Origin: an uncultured Clostridia bacterium
GTDB lineage: Bacteria > Bacillota > Clostridia > Oscillospirales > Acutalibacteraceae
Direction: 5' to 3'
Length of the DNA stretch: 41,519 bases
Assembly: GCA_946042285.1 (NCBI GenBank)
Contig: CAMGDK010000001.1
Span: 1-41,519 of the forward strand
How positions within the stretch are numbered: the first letter of the stretch is position 1; each line of letters starts with the position of its first letter. Made by a program: the position numbers and the translations under genes. Positions 17,807 through 29,329 of the stretch are shown one piece after another. The notes below the pieces were generated by a model that saw only the letters and a list, made by a program, of their open reading frames with translations, did not search any database and was not told the origin of the DNA.

Positions 17807-18913
17807 ATGAGTGAAGCTAAAAAACAGCATGAGCCGTTGCTCCATATAGTTAAAAGAGATGCACTTCCTTGGTATCATTCCTTAGCGATAAGAGCAATTG
17901 CAGTAGTGCTTGCGCTTGTTGTTTGTGCGGTTGTTACCATGCTCCTAACAGGCGAAAATCCTATTAAGGTTTACGCAACAATGGTTGACGGTGCCTTTGG
18001 CACATCAAGAAGAGTTTGGAATTTGATGCAGAGCCTGGCAATGCTTCTTTGTGTCGGTCTTGCACTTACGCCGGCGTTTAAAATGCGATTTTGGAATATC
18101 GGCGGTGAGGGACAGGTGCTTGTCGGCGGTCTTGCAACTGCTGCGTGTATGATTTTGTTCGGCGACAAGCTTCCTAACGGAGTTTTGATTCTTACAATGA
18201 TTGTTGCGAGCATTGCGGCAGGTGGATTATGGGCGCTTATTCCTGCAATATTCAAAGCAAAGTTTAATACGAACGAAACATTGTTTACCCTTATGATGAA
18301 CTATGTCGGTATTCAGCTTGTAGCATATTTCTCAAGAGTGTGGGAAATGCCGAAGGGCTCAGGTACAATCGGTATTATCAATCCATCGACTGAAGCAGGA
18401 TGGTTTCCCGTATTATTTAACCAAAAGTATCTTCTTAACATCTTAATTGTGTTTGCTATCACGATAGCTATGCATATCTACCTTAAGTACAGCAAGCACG
18501 GCTACGAAATTGCAGTTGTGGGTGAATCCGTTAACACTGCAAAATATGCCGGAATCAATGTCAATAAGGTAATCATAAGAACAATGCTTTTATCAGGTGC
18601 AGTATGCGGTATCGCAGGATTACTTCTTGTCGGTGGCACAAGTCATACAATTACTACTGCAACCGCAGATGGCAGAGGATTTACGGCAATCATGGTGTCA
18701 TGGCTTGCAAGGTTTAATCCGATAGTGATGATTGTTACTGCATTCATTCTTGTTTTCCTTGATGCAGGTGCACAGCAGATTGCAACTGTGTTCTCACTTA
18801 ACGAGTCATTTTCGGATATTCTTACAGGTATTATTCTGTTCTTTATTATCGGCAGTGACTTTTTTGTAAACTATGAGCTTAAATTTCGCAAATCACATAA
18901 GGAGGTAAAGTAA
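17807..18913 (+). CDS. Nucleoside ABC transporter permease 1
   Basis: WNIGGEGQ, NETLFTLMMNY, GYEIAVVGE..AKYAGI motifs; hydrophobic. Confidence 0.92.
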   Translation: MSEAKKQHEPLLHIVKRDALPWYHSLAIRAIAVVLALVVCAVVTMLLTGENPIKVYATMVDGAFGTSRRVWNLMQSLAMLLCVGLALTPAFKMRFWNIGGEGQVLVGGLATAACMILFGDKLPNGVLILTMIVASIAAGGLWALIPAIFKAKFNTNETLFTLMMNYVGIQLVAYFSRVWEMPKGSGTIGIINPSTEAGWFPVLFNQKYLLNILIVFAITIAMHIYLKYSKHGYEIAVVGESVNTAKYAGINVNKVIIRTMLLSGAVCGIAGLLLVGGTSHTITTATADGRGFTAIMVSWLARFNPIVMIVTAFILVFLDAGAQQIATVFSLNESFSDILTGIILFFIIGSDFFVNYELKFRKSHKEVK

Positions 18914-18914
18914 G

Positions 18915-19916
18915 ATGTCACTTTTATCAACATTTGTTGCTTTATTTCCTCGTGCGGTAATGCAAGGAATTCCGATTTTGTACGGTGCTACCGGCGAAAT
19001 CATGACTGAGAAATCAGGTAACCTTAACCTCGGTATTCCGGGTGTTATGTATGTTGGCGGTATCAGCGGTGTAATCGGTGCATTTCTTTATGAGACATCG
19101 CTTGAGTCATTCGATCAAATGAATGGCTTTTTGGCGATAATGATACCGATTCTTTGCACAATTCTCGGTTCTCTTGTAATGGGATTGATTTATTGCTTCT
19201 TAACCGTTACATTAAGAGTTAATCAAAATGTAGTAGGTCTTGCAATGACAACGTTCGGTGTTGGCTTCGGTAATTTCTTCGGTGCATCGTTGATTAAGCT
19301 TGTTGACAGCGATGTTCCGTCGGTTGCACTTTCACACACAAGCGCTTACTTTACCGTTAAGCTTCCGTTTGCATCGTCGTGCGGAGTGTTTGGCGAGCTG
19401 TTTTTGTCATACAGCTTCCTTGCTTACGCGGCTGTTATTATTGCAATTCTTTGCTCGTTCTTCCTCAATAAAACAAGAGGAGGCTTGCATCTTCGTGCGG
19501 TTGGTGAAAACCCTGCAACAGCGGACGCAGCAGGCATCAACGTTAATCGTTCAAAGTATTTTGCAACATGCATAGGCAGTATAATTGCAGGCTTCGGTGG
19601 TCTTTATTATGTAATGGACTACGCTAACGGCGTTTGGTCAAATGAGGGCTTCGGCGACAGAGGCTGGCTTGCAATCGCTCTTGTTATATTCGCAATTTGG
19701 AAGCCGAACCTCGGCATACTGTGTTCAATCCTTTTCGGCGGACTTTACATTGTTTACCTTTTTGTTCCGGGATTGTCACTCAGTGCGCAGGAGCTTTTCA
19801 AAATGCTTCCTTATGTTGTAACGATTATCGTGCTTATCGCTATCAGCATTAAGGATAAAAAAGAAAACCAAGGACCGCAGTCACTTGGATTGTCATATTT
19901 CCGTGAGGAAAGATAA
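18915..19916 (+). CDS. Nucleoside ABC transporter permease 2
   Basis: EKSGNLNLG, LRAVGENPATADAAGI, GWLAIALV, MLPYV motifs. Confidence 0.92.
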   Translation: MSLLSTFVALFPRAVMQGIPILYGATGEIMTEKSGNLNLGIPGVMYVGGISGVIGAFLYETSLESFDQMNGFLAIMIPILCTILGSLVMGLIYCFLTVTLRVNQNVVGLAMTTFGVGFGNFFGASLIKLVDSDVPSVALSHTSAYFTVKLPFASSCGVFGELFLSYSFLAYAAVIIAILCSFFLNKTRGGLHLRAVGENPATADAAGINVNRSKYFATCIGSIIAGFGGLYYVMDYANGVWSNEGFGDRGWLAIALVIFAIWKPNLGILCSILFGGLYIVYLFVPGLSLSAQELFKMLPYVVTIIVLIAISIKDKKENQGPQSLGLSYFREER

Positions 19917-19931
19917 TATCTCAAAAAAAGT

Positions 19932-19965
19932 AAAAGCTATTCCATTTTTTCGGAATAGCTTTTTT
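19932..19965. terminator. Bidirectional intrinsic terminator
   Basis: AAAAGCTATTCC-loop-GGAATAGCTTTTTT between convergent genes. Confidence 0.88.
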
Positions 19966-19968
19966 GTT

Positions 19969-22689
19969 TTATAAACTATCGACAGTGTTTAGATTTTTAA
20001 CAACCTTTAACTGCTTCATTTCGTCAGGCAGTTCAACTGATTGCGCCGATTCAAGCTCTGTGCAAATATAATCAACCTTTGCCTTGAACGGCTTTTTGTT
20101 GTTGTATTTATCAATGCTAAACCAGTTAAATGAATAATTGATAGCAGGAGCGGCGCCGAGAAAGAGCAGATTTTGCTCTATTTTGCCGACGGAAATAAGT
20201 GTTATCTCGTCAAATTTTATGTCACCGAAATACTTTTTCCATTCGTCACTCTTCATTTTCTCAAGCTTCTTTTTGCTTGCAAACGGAGGCTTGCCCTTGC
20301 TGCAAATTGTGCTGATGATTTTGTCACTGAAGCAGCTTGAATTGTCAAACCTCATAGGGATGTAGTTCCAACCTCTGAAAAGGTCTAATAACTCATCCTT
20401 GTAGTCCTGTGCGTTTTCTTCGTCAAATGCAAGCCAGAATTTTTTATAGTCGTTTTCTCTTGCAACAGCCTTAAAGCGTCTTATTCTTGAAGGAGTTAGC
20501 TTTCCGCCGAGATACCATAATGTGGTGGCATCCTCATCATTGTTGCTGTTGGTGTTGCCTGACTTTATTTTTTCAATAATTGTTTTTGTATTTTTCCTGT
20601 GTGAAATTTCGCCGTTGCCTATCGGACGGTAATCATTGATATATTCAGCAAGTAAGATAGGATTTGTAAAGCTTATATAATTACCGTTTGTAATATCAAG
20701 AAGCTGATCATCGACATATCTCTTTTCGTCGGCAAACAATCGAACGATTTTGTTACTGCTGCAGCATGACAAAATAGGATGATAATCGGTGATAACAATG
20801 TCGCTCGCTTTTGCAAAGTCATACAGCGAATAATTTGACGGCATTTTTTTGATGTGACTGAAAATGCTCAAATCAACATTGTACGGATAATCGCCGGTGT
20901 AAATGTATGCATCGCACGAGTCGTCTAACTCCTTGTCAAGCAGGTAGAGATACGACATGTATTTTCTAAAAAATCTGTATGCTGATTTTTCTTCAATGTA
21001 TCTGTGCTGAGGTGCAATCAAAATAAGCTTTTTGCCGACGCTCGAAATTTCATTCTTTATATTGACCTTTATTGCTTCGTCCGCAAAAGGATGATAATTC
21101 TCAACGGATTTAACACCAAGCTGTTCAACTCTGTATTTATGCTCAAAATCAGCTCTGCCTTGCTCGCTTGAATAGATTGTACAATCGGCAGTCAGCAGTG
21201 ATTTTTGCATGAACGAAAAATCATTTTTGCTTTCGTTTTTTGCAATCAGTCTTACAGTAGGCTTGTCGGCTAAATTATTGATGTATATTTGACCGTCTGC
21301 CTTTGTAAAGTAGTAATCGAGAGGACAGTCGGCAACAACATATTTTGATTTTGCAAGTGCATTGATATAGTCGTCTTCCTTTTTGTTAATAATTGTTGCG
21401 TTTATGCCGTATGACGAAAGCAACTCATCAATGTCCTTGTGCTTCTTTTTGCAGTAAAGCGTTATACTGCTTTCATTTTTCAGCTCAAGCATAAGGCTGA
21501 GCATTGACGGAGAAATTGATTTTGCACAGCTTGAAATGAAGAATGCGTTATTTGTAAGCTCTCCGTTTTGAGCAGCCTTGAATCTTTGCGAAACGTCCTC
21601 GTTCTTTTTCTTGATTTCGGAGAAGGACTTGCATACCTTTTCTTTAATTATTTCATACTTTTGAGTTAATTCTCGGTTGAGCTGCTCCTGCTCATCAGCG
21701 CTTAGCTCTTGGCATTTATCAATGTAATCAAGGAGCGCTTTCTTAGAAAAATAGAAATCCTTAAGCTGATATATTCTGTCAGGCAAATTATATGCAAGAT
21801 ACGGGTTTTCAGCCATATTCGGATAATTCTTTTCAAGATAATCAAAAAGAGTATTTACAAGCTTTTTCTTAAGCTCAAGGCAATCTTTATCATTAACGGT
21901 TAAAAGCTGCTCAAAGCGATAGAGAAAATGGCGTACCGTTACATATTCGATTTCTGTTTTAAAGCAGTCGTACAAGCCTTGAGATTCAAGCTCGGATTTC
22001 ATATAGTCAACTGCATTTACAATATCAAGGGTTGACTCGTTGAATTTGCTCAAAAAGCCGACGCGCTGTCTGTAATCATAAAAGTAGTCGTTGATTACAC
22101 CGATGCTTTTCGCATTTGCCGCAAGAATAAATGCAACGGGAAGATCTTCAAATCTGATGCCTTCCGGAAAATGTGTTTTTGCAAAAAGCTCTCTTTTAAC
22201 AAGCTTGTTCCAAGGGAATGGTGATAGCTTAACAAGCTCGTAAGACTTATCTGCCATTTTGAAGCTTTGGTTAAAATGAAATGTTTTGTTTTGTGTCTTT
22301 TCCTCGGTTTCACCGTCAACATCGTATCTGCTGAAAAGCACTAAATCATTGCCGTCGTCAATAGCCTTTGTGTATAGCTTTTCACACGCGTCAGGCTCGA
22401 TATAGTCATCAGAGTCAACAAACCAAAGGTATTCGCCGCAGCTTTTTTCAACGGCGAAGTTCCTTGCATGGCTAACGCCTTGATTTTCCGTGTTGTAAAC
22501 ATAAAGTCTTCCGGAATTTTCCGCCTGATATTTCCTCAATATCTCAAATGAATTGTCAGTGCTGCCGTCATTAACGGCAATAATCTCAATATCCTCAAGA
22601 GTTTGAGATAAAAGGCTTTTAATACAGCAGTCAAGGTATTCCGATGTGTTGTAAACCGGAAGTATTATGCTGATTTTGCATGATTTCAT
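19969..22689 (-). CDS. GT2 glycosyltransferase fused to a degenerate TagF/TagB-like glycerophosphotransferase domain
   Basis: N-terminal SIILPVYN, VNDGSTD, GVSHARN, FVDSDD, PWNKL, FED; downstream KADGQIYIN, ILIAP, DIVITDY resemble TagF-family motifs. Confidence 0.78.
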   Translation of the reverse strand: MKSCKISIILPVYNTSEYLDCCIKSLLSQTLEDIEIIAVNDGSTDNSFEILRKYQAENSGRLYVYNTENQGVSHARNFAVEKSCGEYLWFVDSDDYIEPDACEKLYTKAIDDGNDLVLFSRYDVDGETEEKTQNKTFHFNQSFKMADKSYELVKLSPFPWNKLVKRELFAKTHFPEGIRFEDLPVAFILAANAKSIGVINDYFYDYRQRVGFLSKFNESTLDIVNAVDYMKSELESQGLYDCFKTEIEYVTVRHFLYRFEQLLTVNDKDCLELKKKLVNTLFDYLEKNYPNMAENPYLAYNLPDRIYQLKDFYFSKKALLDYIDKCQELSADEQEQLNRELTQKYEIIKEKVCKSFSEIKKKNEDVSQRFKAAQNGELTNNAFFISSCAKSISPSMLSLMLELKNESSITLYCKKKHKDIDELLSSYGINATIINKKEDDYINALAKSKYVVADCPLDYYFTKADGQIYINNLADKPTVRLIAKNESKNDFSFMQKSLLTADCTIYSSEQGRADFEHKYRVEQLGVKSVENYHPFADEAIKVNIKNEISSVGKKLILIAPQHRYIEEKSAYRFFRKYMSYLYLLDKELDDSCDAYIYTGDYPYNVDLSIFSHIKKMPSNYSLYDFAKASDIVITDYHPILSCCSSNKIVRLFADEKRYVDDQLLDITNGNYISFTNPILLAEYINDYRPIGNGEISHRKNTKTIIEKIKSGNTNSNNDEDATTLWYLGGKLTPSRIRRFKAVARENDYKKFWLAFDEENAQDYKDELLDLFRGWNYIPMRFDNSSCFSDKIISTICSKGKPPFASKKKLEKMKSDEWKKYFGDIKFDEITLISVGKIEQNLLFLGAAPAINYSFNWFSIDKYNNKKPFKAKVDYICTELESAQSVELPDEMKQLKVVKNLNTVDSL

Positions 22690-22707
22690 TTTAACGACCT
22701 CGTTATA

Positions 22708-23616
22708 TTATTTGTAGTATCTTTGCTTGTATTCGATAAGCTCCTTCTCGCTCACCCAAGCACTGAGCGCGCCAACGGCAGTTACAGCCTTTCCGCCTGT
22801 AATGTTGCCGAATTCAATGCAATCCCTAAGCGGATAATCGTAGAATAAGCCATACATAAATCCAGAAAGGAATGCATCGCCTGCACCCGTAGAGTCAACA
22901 TTTTTGAATTCATCAATGCTTGGCGAAAAGAAATATTCGTCACCGTCAATGCCGATGCAGCCGTCTGCATCAACCTTAACAACAACCTTGTCAAAGTATT
23001 TCTTGAGCGCGTATGCCGCTTCCTTTTCGTCAGTGGTGTTAGTTATTTTTAATGCTTCCTTGCGGTTGGGAGTGTAGTAGTCAGCAAGTGTGAGATATTC
23101 GTCGTACTTTTCAAAGCCGAGCTCGTCGTCCCAGCCTGTGTCAAGAACAAGAACAGTACCCTCGTCCTTAAGCCTTTTGTACACCTCTTTGAATCCGCCT
23201 ATTTGCATCATGCAGATTTTTGAGCCCTTTGCAATTTGATAAAAGGTCTCTAAAGCATTGTCGTCAGGCTCGATTGTACCCTTTCCGTAGGTGAAGAAGG
23301 TTCTGTCCTTTGGCAAAATGATTGCAGATGTAATGTTAAGCGGAATTTTGTCACCGCTGTAAAGGTTAGTGGGCGACACACCGTTTTGCGTAAATTTGTC
23401 CTTTGCAAACTCGGAAAAAATATCGTTTCCAAGCTCTGTCGCTATTTTAGTCTCAATCCCGAGTCTGCCGAGATTGATGAGCGTTGCAGGCAGTCCTCCG
23501 CCAAGCTGAAGAGAAAAGTCCTTGCAATAAAGCTCCTCGCCGACATCGGGTATTCTTTCCATTCCCTGATAAAGCAGGTCAACGTTTGTTGCACCTGCAC
23601 CTGAAATAAATGCCAT
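22708..23616 (-). CDS. PfkB-family carbohydrate kinase
   Basis: GGG substrate motif, PNRKEA, DSTGAGDAF motifs. Confidence 0.92.
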   Translation of the reverse strand: MAFISGAGATNVDLLYQGMERIPDVGEELYCKDFSLQLGGGLPATLINLGRLGIETKIATELGNDIFSEFAKDKFTQNGVSPTNLYSGDKIPLNITSAIILPKDRTFFTYGKGTIEPDDNALETFYQIAKGSKICMMQIGGFKEVYKRLKDEGTVLVLDTGWDDELGFEKYDEYLTLADYYTPNRKEALKITNTTDEKEAAYALKKYFDKVVVKVDADGCIGIDGDEYFFSPSIDEFKNVDSTGAGDAFLSGFMYGLFYDYPLRDCIEFGNITGGKAVTAVGALSAWVSEKELIEYKQRYYK

Positions 23617-23735
23617 TGCTATATCTCCCGTATAAGATTATCGTAATGCATTTTTTATGCAATAAATGTAAAAACTCAAAATTATTATATTATAAAAAGG
23701 TTACAAAGTAAATAGAACTGTAATATATTTTTATG

Positions 23736-23764
23736 TTGACTTAACCTGTGTCATATATTATAAT
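23736..23764 (+). promoter_or_regulatory. Sigma-A promoter of the pyr operon
   Basis: TTGACT-17 bp-TATAAT, 28 nt before the pyrC ATG. Confidence 0.8.
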
Positions 23765-23792
23765 GTTTTAGATAGAGAAAGGAATGTGATTT

Positions 23793-25067
23793 ATGACTTT
23801 GCTGATTAAAAATGCACTTGCATATATTGACAACAATTTCAAATTGTCCGACATTCTAATAAAGGACGGACTAATCAATAGCCTTGGTATCGCCATTTCT
23901 TCTGATGGTGCCGATAGAGTAATTGACGCATTAGGTAAATATATTTTAATTCCGGGTTTCGTTGATGTTCATGTACATTTACGAGAGCCGGGATTTTCTT
24001 ATAAAGAGACAATTAAATCAGGCTCAATGGCAGGCGCAAAGGCGGGATACACTACGCTTTGCACAATGCCGAATCTTAACCCTGCACCCGATTGCCCTGA
24101 AAACTTAAAGGTGCAAACAGATTTAATTGAGCGGGATGCCGTAATCAATGTGTTGCCCTTTGCCGCAATCACAAAAGGCAGAAGGGGCGTGGGCGAGGTT
24201 GTCGATTTTTCAGCCCTTGCTGATAAGGCAGTCGGCTTTTCCGACGACGGAACAGGCGTGCAGACACAGGAGCTTATGAAGGAAGCTATGGAAAAATGTG
24301 CTGCGCTTAACAAGATTATTTCGGCACATTGCGAGGTGAATGAGCTCTTACACGGCGGCTATATCCACGACGGCGAGTATTGCAAGGCGCATAACCATAA
24401 GGGTATTTGCTCCGAGTCCGAGTGGGCGCAGATTGAAAGAGATTGCAACCTTGCAGAGCAAACAGGCTGCAAATATCATGTCTGCCATATTTCAACAAAG
24501 GAAAGCGTTGAGATAATCAGGCAGGCAAAGGCGAGAGGCGTGCAGGTTACCTGCGAAACAGGTCCGCACTACTTAACAATGTGCGATATGGATTTGCAGG
24601 AGGATGGCAGATTCAAGATGAATCCTCCGCTTCGCAGTAGGGAGGATATGCAGGCGCTTGTTGAGGGTGTTGTTGATGGTACCATTGATGTTATAGCGAC
24701 AGACCATGCACCGCACAGCGCACAGGAAAAGGCAAAGGGGCTTGCAGGCTCAATGATGGGTGTTGTTGGCTTGGAAACGGCTTTTGGAGTGCTTTATACA
24801 AGGCTTGTTAAAGCAGGCGTTATTTCACTTGAAAAGCTTATATATATGATGTCTGTTCGTCCAAGGGAAATATTCGGCTTGGACGGCGGCAGAATTGAAG
24901 AGGGGCAGATCGCTGACCTTGCACTCATCAACCTTGATAAGAAATGGATTGTTAATCCCGATGAGTTTGTGACGATGGGCAGAGCAACTCCGTTTAAGGA
25001 TTGGGAGCTTGAGGGTGAAAACTTAATGACTATTTGCAAAGGAGAGATTGTATATGAAGCCTTATAA
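23793..25067 (+). CDS. pyrC: Dihydroorotase (type I)
   Basis: DVHVHLREPG, MPN, HCE, CHIS, KMNPPLR, ATDHAPH motifs. Confidence 0.96.
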   Translation: MTLLIKNALAYIDNNFKLSDILIKDGLINSLGIAISSDGADRVIDALGKYILIPGFVDVHVHLREPGFSYKETIKSGSMAGAKAGYTTLCTMPNLNPAPDCPENLKVQTDLIERDAVINVLPFAAITKGRRGVGEVVDFSALADKAVGFSDDGTGVQTQELMKEAMEKCAALNKIISAHCEVNELLHGGYIHDGEYCKAHNHKGICSESEWAQIERDCNLAEQTGCKYHVCHISTKESVEIIRQAKARGVQVTCETGPHYLTMCDMDLQEDGRFKMNPPLRSREDMQALVEGVVDGTIDVIATDHAPHSAQEKAKGLAGSMMGVVGLETAFGVLYTRLVKAGVISLEKLIYMMSVRPREIFGLDGGRIEEGQIADLALINLDKKWIVNPDEFVTMGRATPFKDWELEGENLMTICKGEIVYEAL

Positions 25068-26142
25068 TAAAAAAATCGTTCTTGAAAACGGAAAAGAATT
25101 TTACGGCTATGGCTTCGGAGCAGACAAGGAAGCCGTAAATGAGCTTGTATTTAACACATCAATGGTCGGCTATCAGGAGATTGTTTCCGACCCGAGCTAT
25201 ACAGACCAAATGGTTTGCATGACATATCCGCTTATCGGCAATTACGGTGTAACAGATGAGGACTACGAAACAAAGATTCCCACAATTGGCGGAATTATCG
25301 TAAGAGAGTATAACGATCTCCCATCAAACTTTAGATATACGAAAACACTTTCAGAGGTGCTTGACGAGTACAACATTCCCGGCATCAGCGGTGTCGATAC
25401 AAGAATGATTACAAGAATAATCAGGAGTGAGGGCTCACAGAAAATTATTATCTGTGACGCAGATGTTCCTTACGAGGAGGCTCTCAAAAGAGTTAGGAAA
25501 TACAATATCCCAACCGATATGGTGTCAAGAGTCAGCTGTAAAAAGCGTTGGTACTCAAGAACACCGAACCACAAGTATGATATTGTTGCGGTTGACTGCG
25601 GAATTAAGCTTAATATCATTAGAAAGCTTAATGAAAAGGGCTGTAATGTTACAGTTGTGCCTTATGATATTACTGCAGACGAAATTCGCAAGATGCAGCC
25701 GGACGGTCTGTTTCTTTCAAACGGACCGGGTAATCCCGAGGATGTGCAGACAGTTATTACGCTTGTTAAGGAGCTTAAGGGAGAGCTTCCGATTTTCGGT
25801 ATCTGTCTCGGTCATCAAATGATTTCTCTTGCGCTCGGTGCAAGGACATTTAAGATGAAATTCGGTCACAGAGGCGGTAATCATCCTGTTATGAACCTTG
25901 AAACAGGCAAGATTGAAATTACATCTCAAAACCACTCTTACGCAGTTGATATAAGCTCGCTTGACGGTACAGAGCTTGAGCTTACTCACAAAAATCTTCT
26001 CGACGATACAGCAGAGGGTGTTAAGTCAAAGGATAATAAAATCTTCTCCGTGCAGTACCATCCGGAGAGCGCTCCGGGTCCGCAGGACAGTGCTTATCTC
26101 TTTGATTCATTTATTGATTTGATGGAAAAGGAGGCTGAGTAA
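25054..26142 (+). CDS. carA: Carbamoyl-phosphate synthase small subunit
   Basis: [37 protein letters not shown]; start adjusted to ATG 25054. Confidence 0.97.
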   Translation: MKPYNKKIVLENGKEFYGYGFGADKEAVNELVFNTSMVGYQEIVSDPSYTDQMVCMTYPLIGNYGVTDEDYETKIPTIGGIIVREYNDLPSNFRYTKTLSEVLDEYNIPGISGVDTRMITRIIRSEGSQKIIICDADVPYEEALKRVRKYNIPTDMVSRVSCKKRWYSRTPNHKYDIVAVDCGIKLNIIRKLNEKGCNVTVVPYDITADEIRKMQPDGLFLSNGPGNPEDVQTVITLVKELKGELPIFGICLGHQMISLALGARTFKMKFGHRGGNHPVMNLETGKIEITSQNHSYAVDISSLDGTELELTHKNLLDDTAEGVKSKDNKIFSVQYHPESAPGPQDSAYLFDSFIDLMEKEAE

Positions 26143-26143
26143 T

Positions 26144-29100
26144 ATGCCAAAAAGAACTGATATACATAAGATTTTAGTTATTGGCTCAGGTCCTATTGTA
26201 ATCGGACAGGCTGCCGAGTTTGACTACTCCGGCACACAGGCTTGCCTCGCTCTTAAGGAGGAGGGTTACGAGGTTGTTCTTATCAACTCAAACCCTGCAA
26301 CAATAATGACTGATACCGATATTGCAGATAAGGTATATATGGAGCCTCTTAATCTTGAATATGTTGCCCGTATTATCCGTCACGAAAGACCTGACGCTAT
26401 TCTTCCGTCACTCGGCGGTCAAACAGGTCTTAACCTTGCAGTTCAGCTTGCAAAAAAAGGTGTTCTCAAGGAATGTGATGTTGAAATACTCGGTACAAGC
26501 TTTGAGGCGATTGAAAGAGCAGAGGACAGAGAGCTTTTCAAGGAGCTTTGCGAAAGCCTTGGCGAGCCTGTTCTTCCGTCGGAAATTGCAGAAAGCCTTG
26601 AGGAAGGACTTGAGGCTGCCCGCAGAATCGGCTTCCCGGTTGTATTAAGACCTGCATTTACACTTGGCGGTACAGGCGGTGGCTTTGCCGACGACGAGGA
26701 AGAGTTTATTCTTATGATGAAAAATGCTCTTGCACTTTCACCTGTTCATCAGGTGCTTGTTGAAAAGAGCATTAAGGGATATAAGGAAATTGAGTATGAG
26801 GTAATGCGCGACGCCAACGACACCGCGATTACTATCTGTAACATGGAAAACATTGATCCTGTCGGTGTACATACAGGCGACTCGGTCGTTGTTGCTCCGT
26901 CACAGACTCTTACAAATAAAGAGTATCACATGCTTCGTGATTCTGCGCTTAAGATTATCCGTGAGCTTAAAATTGAGGGTGGATGTAATGTTCAGTTTGC
27001 ACTTGATCCTCACTCGTTTGACTACTATCTCATTGAGGTTAACCCAAGAGTATCTCGTTCATCGGCGCTTGCGTCTAAGGCTTCGGGCTATCCAATCGCA
27101 AGAGTGTCGGCAAAGATTTCGGTAGGCATGCACCTTGACGAAATCCCTATCGCAAACACTCCTGCTTCATTCGAGCCTACACTCGACTATGTTGTTACTA
27201 AGATTGCTCGTTTCCCGTTTGATAAGTTTGCAGACGCTAACAATACACTTAATACGCAGATGAAGGCAACCGGTGAGGTTATGGCTATCGGCAGAACGAT
27301 GGAGGAGAGCTTGCTCAAGGCTGTTCGTTCGCTTGAAATCGGTGTTTGCCACCTCTACATGAAGAAGTTTGATACCTTCACAGAGGAGGAGCTTTTAAGC
27401 TACATTAAGACAGGCACCGACGATAGATTATTTGCCATTGCGCAGCTTATCAGGCTCAATGTAGATTTAAACAGAATTTACAACGCAACTAAGATTGATA
27501 TGTTCTTCCTTGAGAAGTTTAGAAACATTGTTGATTTTGAAACACCTCTTGTTGAAAATGCAGGCGATATTCAAACACTTAAGGACGCAAAGAAAATGGG
27601 CGTTTCCGACAAGTTTATCGGCATGGTTTGGAGCATGAGCGAGTCTGATGTATTCAAGCTTCGTAAGGAGAACAACATTTTCCCTGTTTACAAAATGATA
27701 GATACCTGTGCATCGGAGTTTGACTCCTATGTTCCGTATTTCTACTCAACATACGAGGAGGAAAATGAGTCGGTAGTATCCGAAAAGAAAAAGATTATCG
27801 TTTTAGGCTCAGGTCCTATCCGTATCGGTCAGGGTGTTGAGTTCGACTACTCAACAGTTCACGCAATCTGGTCAATCAGAGATGCAGGCTATGAGGCTAT
27901 TATCATAAACAACAATCCCGAAACAGTTTCAACAGACTATACTACCTCCGATAAGCTTTACTTTGAGCCGCTTACAGTCGAGGATGTAATGAATGTTGTT
28001 ACTCTTGAAAATCCGCTTGGTATCGTTGTATCGCTCGGCGGTCAAACTGCAATTAACCTTGCTCCGCCGCTTGATGCACTCGGTGTTCCTATAATCGGTA
28101 CAGATGTTAAGGCTATTGACAGAGCCGAAAACAGAGACAGCTTTGAAAAGGTTATGGAGGAGCTTGGTATTCCTCAGCCTAAGGGACTTGCGGTTACAAA
28201 CATTGAAGAGGGTGTAAGAGTTGCCGCTCAAATCGGCTATCCCGTGCTCGTTCGTCCGTCATTTGTTCTCGGTGGCAGAGCAATGCAGATTGTTGCAAGC
28301 GAGGAGTCACTTCGACACTATCTGCAGACTGCCGTAGAAATCAACACCGAGCAGCCTGTACTTGTTGATAAGTATATCATGGGCAGAGAGCTTGAGGTTG
28401 ATGCAATTTGTGACGGCGAGGATGTGTTTATTCCGGGCATCATGGAGCATGTTGAGAAGACGGGCGTTCACTCCGGTGACTCAATTTCGGTTTATCCGGC
28501 ATTCACCGCCTCCGAAAATGTTAAGCAAAAGATTATCGACTATACTGTTAAGCTCGGTAAGGCAATCGGAATTGTAGGTCTTTACAATATTCAGTTTATT
28601 GCAGACGACAACGACGATGTCTATGTTATCGAGGTTAATCCAAGGTCATCAAGAACAGTTCCTTTCTTATCAAAGGCAACATCTGTTCCAATGGCTCATA
28701 TTGCAACACAGGTTATTCTCGGTCATTCACTTAAGGAGCAGGGAATAACGGAGGTTTATCCAAAGGAGAAGGGACGCTGGTATGTTAAAGCACCTGCATT
28801 CTCATTCTCAAAGCTCAAGGGCATGGACACATATCTTTCGCCTGAAATGAAGTCAACCGGTGAGGCAATCGGCTATGATAAGTCGCTTACAAGAGCACTT
28901 TATAAGGCTATTCAGGCTTCAGGTCTTAATGTGGCAAACTACGGTACGGTTCTTGTTACAATTGCCGATCAGGACAAGCCTGCAGCTCTTCCGCTTATCA
29001 AAAGATTTTACGACCTCGGCTTTAATATTGAAGCAACAGAGGGTACTGCAAAATATCTTAAGACTCACGGTATTAGAACAAGAGTAAGGCAAAAGCTTAC

Positions 29101-29329
29101 AGAAAACGATAGTGATGAAATCCTTATGGCGCTTCGTCAGGGACATATCGTATATGTAATTAACACCATAGATATTAACGCCGGTGACTCTCATTCCGAC
29201 GGCTCGGAAATCAGACGCGCTGCGGTTGAAAACAATGTTTCAATGTTTACATCGCTCGATACAGTAAAGGTTCTTCTTGATGTACTTGAGGAGATTACAC
29301 TCGGCGTATCAACCATTGATGAAGAATAA
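26144..29329 (+). CDS. carB: Carbamoyl-phosphate synthase large subunit
   Basis: [18 protein letters not shown], two HxGDS/EVNPR ATP-grasp halves, C-terminal MGS-like domain. Confidence 0.99.
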   Translation: MPKRTDIHKILVIGSGPIVIGQAAEFDYSGTQACLALKEEGYEVVLINSNPATIMTDTDIADKVYMEPLNLEYVARIIRHERPDAILPSLGGQTGLNLAVQLAKKGVLKECDVEILGTSFEAIERAEDRELFKELCESLGEPVLPSEIAESLEEGLEAARRIGFPVVLRPAFTLGGTGGGFADDEEEFILMMKNALALSPVHQVLVEKSIKGYKEIEYEVMRDANDTAITICNMENIDPVGVHTGDSVVVAPSQTLTNKEYHMLRDSALKIIRELKIEGGCNVQFALDPHSFDYYLIEVNPRVSRSSALASKASGYPIARVSAKISVGMHLDEIPIANTPASFEPTLDYVVTKIARFPFDKFADANNTLNTQMKATGEVMAIGRTMEESLLKAVRSLEIGVCHLYMKKFDTFTEEELLSYIKTGTDDRLFAIAQLIRLNVDLNRIYNATKIDMFFLEKFRNIVDFETPLVENAGDIQTLKDAKKMGVSDKFIGMVWSMSESDVFKLRKENNIFPVYKMIDTCASEFDSYVPYFYSTYEEENESVVSEKKKIIVLGSGPIRIGQGVEFDYSTVHAIWSIRDAGYEAIIINNNPETVSTDYTTSDKLYFEPLTVEDVMNVVTLENPLGIVVSLGGQTAINLAPPLDALGVPIIGTDVKAIDRAENRDSFEKVMEELGIPQPKGLAVTNIEEGVRVAAQIGYPVLVRPSFVLGGRAMQIVASEESLRHYLQTAVEINTEQPVLVDKYIMGRELEVDAICDGEDVFIPGIMEHVEKTGVHSGDSISVYPAFTASENVKQKIIDYTVKLGKAIGIVGLYNIQFIADDNDDVYVIEVNPRSSRTVPFLSKATSVPMAHIATQVILGHSLKEQGITEVYPKEKGRWYVKAPAFSFSKLKGMDTYLSPEMKSTGEAIGYDKSLTRALYKAIQASGLNVANYGTVLVTIADQDKPAALPLIKRFYDLGFNIEATEGTAKYLKTHGIRTRVRQKLTENDSDEILMALRQGHIVYVINTIDINAGDSHSDGSEIRRAAVENNVSMFTSLDTVKVLLDVLEEITLGVSTIDEE

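Noticed and set aside
23646-23662. TGCAT-N5-ATGCA palindrome upstream of pfkB as an operator
   Set aside because: Only 5-bp arms in AT-rich DNA and I found no second copy; not distinguishable from chance.
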